Origin: an uncultured Chloroflexia bacterium
GTDB lineage: Bacteria; Chloroflexota; Limnocylindria; Limnocylindrales; CSP1-4
DNA: 64,000 nt
NCBI GenBank assembly: GCA_963766735.1
Contig: CAVYBU010000006.1
Location: forward strand, 96,001 to 160,000
Reading direction: 5' to 3'
Within the stretch, counting starts at the first letter, position 1. Each line of letters starts with the position of its first letter. Under the pieces are notes generated by a model. It had not been told where the DNA came from, ran no database searches, and worked only from the letters and a program-made list of their open reading frames with translations. This document shows positions 59,690 to 64,000 of the stretch, piece after piece. The position numbers and the translations under genes are program-made.

Positions 59690-61428
59690 TCAGCTCCGAT
59701 TGTTCCGCCGGCGAGCCCGCGCCGGGGCCGGGACGAGATACCCGGCGGTCAGCATGAGCCCGGCAAGGGAGATCAGGATGAAGAGCAGGCCGTTGCCAGC
59801 CGTGCCGGTGGTGCCGCCATCAACGGTGGACGTCGGCGGCAAGGTCAGGTCCTCGACCGTCCCGGAGGGTGTCGGGGTCGGGGTGACCTCGGGCTCCGGG
59901 ACACGGATGACGGCGTCATCCGTGTCGCTGACCTTGCCCTCGGGGTCGAGGACCGGCTGGCCGTGACCGTGGCGATGTTGACCCGGAGGCCGATGCCCAC
60001 GGGCAGCGTCGCGGAACAGGTCATCGCCTCGCCGGCGGCGAGGGTGGTCTTCGGGCAGATGATGGCGATGTCATCGGACGTGTCGCCCTGGCCGGCGAGG
60101 ATCGGGCTGTTGTCGGCGGTCTTGCTGATCGTCACGTCGGGCGTCACGACGTTGACGGTGGAGTCATCGTCGCGCTCGGCGCCGATGCACGGGCCCTCGG
60201 TGATCTCGGCCACGTTCGTGTAGCTGCCGGCGGGGTTCCGTCGGCGATGCCGAGGAGGATGTAGCCGGCGCGCGGATCCAGGTCGTTCGCGTCGCCGTCG
60301 GTGATCGTCAGGGTGGAGTTCGCCGGGGCTCCCAGGAGCGGGTTCGGCGCGATCTCAAAGGTGGCACCGGCGAGGTGCTTGCCGTCCTTGTCGACCTTCT
60401 CGATGCGGATCTGGGCGCAGGTGTTGACCGTCAGCGGGAAGGGCTGGCTGGCGTCCTTGAGCGCCGACGTGGACGGCGAGCCGCCGGTCCGGCTGCGGAT
60501 GGAGCCCTGGCCGAAGTTGAGGCAGGTCACGGGCAGGCCGAGGGAGGCGATGTTGACCGAGGCCTCGGCCCACGCAAAGGCCGGCACGTGTAGGTCGCCG
60601 AGGGGAAGGCGACGTTGGCAGCGTCGGAAGTTGGTCGCCGAACGGACGGCGTTCGCCACATTCGCGTCGCTGATCTTGCTGAAGGTCACCTTCTGCCCGG
60701 TGTTGAACGCCTGCTACCGCGCTAACGCGGTAGAGGGTGACCTCGGGGTTCGAGCCGCCGTTGGCATACTCGAGGGAGATGAGGATGTCGTTGATGCTCC
60801 GGTCGGGCTTCGAGACGCCGGGGGCACCCGGGAAGACCTTGAAGGGCTTCTGGTTCAGCTCGAAGTCGACGACCATCGTCCCGGTGGTGTCGATACGCTC
60901 GGCACCGAGGAAGACGTACGGATTGCCGCCGGAGACCTTGACGCCCGCCATCACGTGGCGGTAGTCGGTCTTGTCGTTGGGGCCGGAGTTGTTGAAGTAG
61001 CCCCAGTCGGTGGTGTCGAACTCCTTGTTCCCACCCACGTAGGCGCTGGTGTCCGGCGCGACGTCGCCGGGGACGCTCGCCTTGTCGACCGCGTCGCGGA
61101 AGAGAAACGACTCCGGCGGGCTCGCCGGGTCAACGAGGCCATTGATCCCGTTGCCGTCCAGCCAATCCTGGGCATTGGTCAGGCCGCTGTACAGGCCGGC
61201 CGGGATGTTGCCCGGGTTGCTGGCGGCGTTGCCGGACTTCAGGTCGCCGTCGACCTCGAAGCCCGCCACCGTGCCCGCCAGCAGGCCGCTGGCGGCGATG
61301 ACGGGCGCTGGTGCGGCCGCGACCACGTACTGCAGCAGCATCGAGCACAGAAGGACCGCCGTCCAGAGGAGCACAAGGCCTCTCCTGGCACCGGCGCCCA
61401 AGGCGTACATGGATCCCCGAGACTTCAT
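59690..61428 (-). pseudogene. fragmented large surface protein (signal region, SpaA/prealbumin-like and DUF11-like pieces, TLPPTST-TM anchor); may be an assembly artefact
   Basis: GGAGG RBS; pieces in different frames: FEVDGD.., IEKVDKDGKHLAGATFEI, PDVTISKTAD, and C-terminus ...LTLPPTST..GLLFILISLAGLML..RARRR; breaks near 60720, 60240 and 59960. Confidence 0.7.
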
Positions 61429-61765
61429 GATCCCCGACCTCCCCGTGTGTTGGGACGCGAAACTGGCGATACCGCCAATCTCCTTTGGTTCGACTGCCGG
61501 CCATGAGGGCCGGTGATAAGTCCTGGCGGGACCGCTCCCTGGTGACAGAGGGCGGTACCGTCGCCGCACGGTACTGCTCGAGGGCCGAAATAGGTACTGC
61601 TCAGGACTGCACCGGACTGACAGGCGAGCGGCGGCCGCCTCGTGACATGCGGACCGCGACACAGGAAGTGGTGCGGTCTCGCAACGATCGTCCTGGTACC
61701 AAGGGCGCATCCGCGGACCCGCTACGATGACCGTCGCGACCCCCGCAAGCACCCAGGAGATGTCC

Positions 61766-63462
61766 GTGCCCAGCCCCGCCGATCCCACCGCACTGCGCGC
61801 CTCCATCCGTGCCCGGGTCCGCGCCGCGGTGGATCGGGCGTGGGCCGACTCGGTGGCGGCCGGGCGCCTGCCCGCGCTCGAGGACGGAGCCGTCGTGCCG
61901 GTCGTGGAGATCGAGCGACCGGGGAACCCTGCGTTTGGCGATTTCGCCACGAACCTCGCGATGAAGCTGGCGCGGCCGCTCCGCCGGTCCCCGCTGGAGA
62001 TCGCGGAGGCTCTGGCGACCGCGCTGCGGATGGGGACGGCCACTGCGTTGATCGCCTCGGTGGAGGTCGCGAGGCCGGGCTTCCTCAACATCCGCCTCAC
62101 GGACGTCGCCCTGGAGGGCGTCGTCAGCGGGATCCTCGCGGCGCCCACGGCCTGGGGCCGGATCCCGGCGGTCAACCCGCGCCGGGTCAACGTGGAGTTC
62201 GTGTCGGCCAATCCGACCGGGCCGCTCACGGTGGGCAACGCGCGCGGGGCGTTCGTCGGCGACCTCCTGTGCCGGGTGCTGGAGGCGGGCGGCCAGACCG
62301 TCACGCGGGAGTACTACTTCAACGACTCGGGCACGCAGATCGAGCACCTGGGCGCCTCCGTGGCGGCCGTCCGGCGCGGCGAGCCGGTGCCCGAGGACGG
62401 GTACAAGGGCGCGTACGTGGAGGACCTGGCCAGGGCGGTTCCGGCGGACGTCTGGGCGGCCGCCTCCGCACCCGGCGCCGATGTGGCGGATGTCGTCGGC
62501 CGGTGGGCGGCGACCCGCGTCCGGGCAATGATCGAGGCCTCTCTCGCGCGGCTGGGTGTCCGTTTCGACGTCTGGAGGACGGAGGCCTCGCTTCACGAGG
62601 ACGGCTGGGTCGCCCGGGCAGTGGACCGGCTGCGCGAGGCCGGCCACGTCTACGAGCTGGATGGCGCCCTGTGGTTCCGCTCCACGACGTTCGGGGACGA
62701 CAAGGACCGCGTCGTCTACCGCGCGGACGGGCGGCCGACGTACTTCGCGGCCGACATCGGGTACGTGACCGAGAAGTTCAGCCGCGGATTCGACCACCTG
62801 ATCTACATCTGGGGCGTGGACCACCACGGGACGGTCGCCCGCAACCAGAACGCCGCGCAGGCGATGGGCTACGACCGCGAGCACTTCCAGGTGCTGCTGA
62901 TCGGCTGGGTCCGGTTCGTGGTGGAGGGCGTCGAGGTCTCGATGTCCAAGCGGGCCGGGACCTTCGTGACGCTGGACGACCTGCTGGACGCGGTGGGCAC
63001 GGACGCGGCGCGCTGGTTCTTCGCCTCGCGTGCCGCGCACGTGGAGATCGACTTCGACATCGAGCTGGCGCGCAAGCAGTCGGCCGAGAACCCCGTCTAC
63101 TACGTCCAGTACGCCCATGCCCGGATCGCGTCGATCCTGCGCAAGGCGGAGGAGGCGGGGCTGGCTCCCGCGGCGGACGTGGCGGGTCTGCTGGCCGGCG
63201 AGGCGGAGGGCGCCCTGGCCCGCGCGGTGACCCGGTTCCCGGAGGTGGTGGAGGACGCGGTCCTGGCCGAGGAGACGCAGGGCATCACGGCGTACGCGAC
63301 GGAGCTCGCGACGCAGTTCCACGCGTTCTACCGGGATGCGCGGGTCGTGGACGCCACGAGCCGGAGCGATCCGGGAAGCGGCTGGCGCTGGCGCTGGCCG
63401 CCAGGACGACGCTGGCGAACGCGCTCGCGCTGCTGGGGATCTCCGCGCCCGAATCGATGTAG
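61766..63462 (+). CDS. argS: arginine--tRNA ligase; single frameshift near 63355
   Basis: Read from sequence: FGDFATNLA, PGFLN, VEFVSANPTGPLTVGNARG, TYFAADI, MSKRAG, NPVYYVQYAHAR; C-terminal LGISAPESM in the shifted frame; AGGAG RBS. Confidence 0.93.
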
Positions 63463-63486
63463 GCCCAGCGCCGGCTGGTGGACCGC

Positions 63487-63705
63487 TCAGCGGTCTCCGT
63501 CCGGAGGTTGCAGCCGCGCCCCCAGGATCGCCTCGATCGACGGCATCTGTGGACCGGCCGGCTCGCCGCATCGCGGGCACGCGAGCACCTGCCCGTCGCC
63601 GGCAGGGCCGGGGCCCGTCATCTGTGCTTCGAGACCGTTCCAGCCGCAGGCGTCGCAGGTCCGCGATCGGTCAGGATCAAGGCCGAGTGCAAGGGGCTCG
63701 TCCAT
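63487..63705 (-). CDS. small Zn-ribbon protein
   Basis: CDAC...CPRC; GGAG RBS. Confidence 0.6.
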   Translation of the reverse strand: MDEPLALGLDPDRSRTCDACGWNGLEAQMTGPGPAGDGQVLACPRCGEPAGPQMPSIEAILGARLQPPDGDR

Positions 63706-63732
63706 CGGAACGCTCGCGATCTCCGGTGCGAC

Positions 63733-64000
63733 CTACTGGGCCAGCCCGAGGACGTTCGCGAGCCGACCGAGCACGTCGTCGGAGCTGCCGCTGACCAGGA
63801 CGACCCGCCCCGGCTCCGGAACCAGCACGGCGGCGCTCCGGCCCGCGGCCTTGAGCTTCGCGACGAGCGGCTCGAGCGCCGCGGCGTACTCGCCCGCGTC
63901 CGCCTCGGTGTCCCAGGCGGTGTCGAGGACCACGCCAACAGCCCCATCCGGGCCTTTCACGAGCGCAACGCGGTCACCGCCCCAGCCCGCCGCCGCGTCG
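63733..64000 (-). CDS. C-terminal part of an uncharacterized protein running off the window end
   Basis: AAAGWGGDR...AWDTEADA.E motif. Confidence 0.7.
   Translation of the reverse strand, partial: DAAAGWGGDRVALVKGPDGAVGVVLDTAWDTEADAGEYAAALEPLVAKLKAAGRSAAVLVPEPGRVVLVSGSSDDVLGRLANVLGLAQ

Noticed and set aside
61766-63462. argS pseudogene or programmed frameshift
   Set aside because: Essential gene, no slippery heptamer at the site, and similar single-base losses elsewhere; most likely sequencing error.

Overview
A 64-kb, very GC-rich (roughly 70% by eye) bacterial chromosomal segment, densely coding, with about 58 CDSs and one tRNA-Glu(TTC). No integrase, transposase, prophage, CRISPR array or rRNA was seen. 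Gene content (PASTA kinase, LigC/Prim-PolC, DUF3105, DUF5667-like anti-sigma, C-terminally anchored surface proteins) suggests a monoderm, possibly Chloroflexota; this is inference only. Housekeeping genes include rplY, folC-folP-folB, galU, pknB, tdh-kbl, argS, a two-component system with HtrA, a GH13 enzyme and an ECF sigma factor. Single-base frameshifts in several genes, including the essential argS, point to long-read indel errors rather than pseudogenes. The most unusual items are: (1) a 1-10.7 kb cluster with a P-type ATPase lacking all acidic ion-binding residues, a sulfatase maturase, a SulP-STAS-TM-PASTA-PASTA fusion and a holin-like/UbiB kinase fusion; (2) an unannotated 52-aa single-TM ORF translationally coupled to a canonical P2A ATPase; (3) a shared non-LPxTG C-terminal motif (TLPPT[D/S]T-TM-basic tail) on two adjacent surface proteins; (4) two paralogous unknown membrane proteins with an intramembrane E/K swap; (5) frequent leaderless-type promoters.
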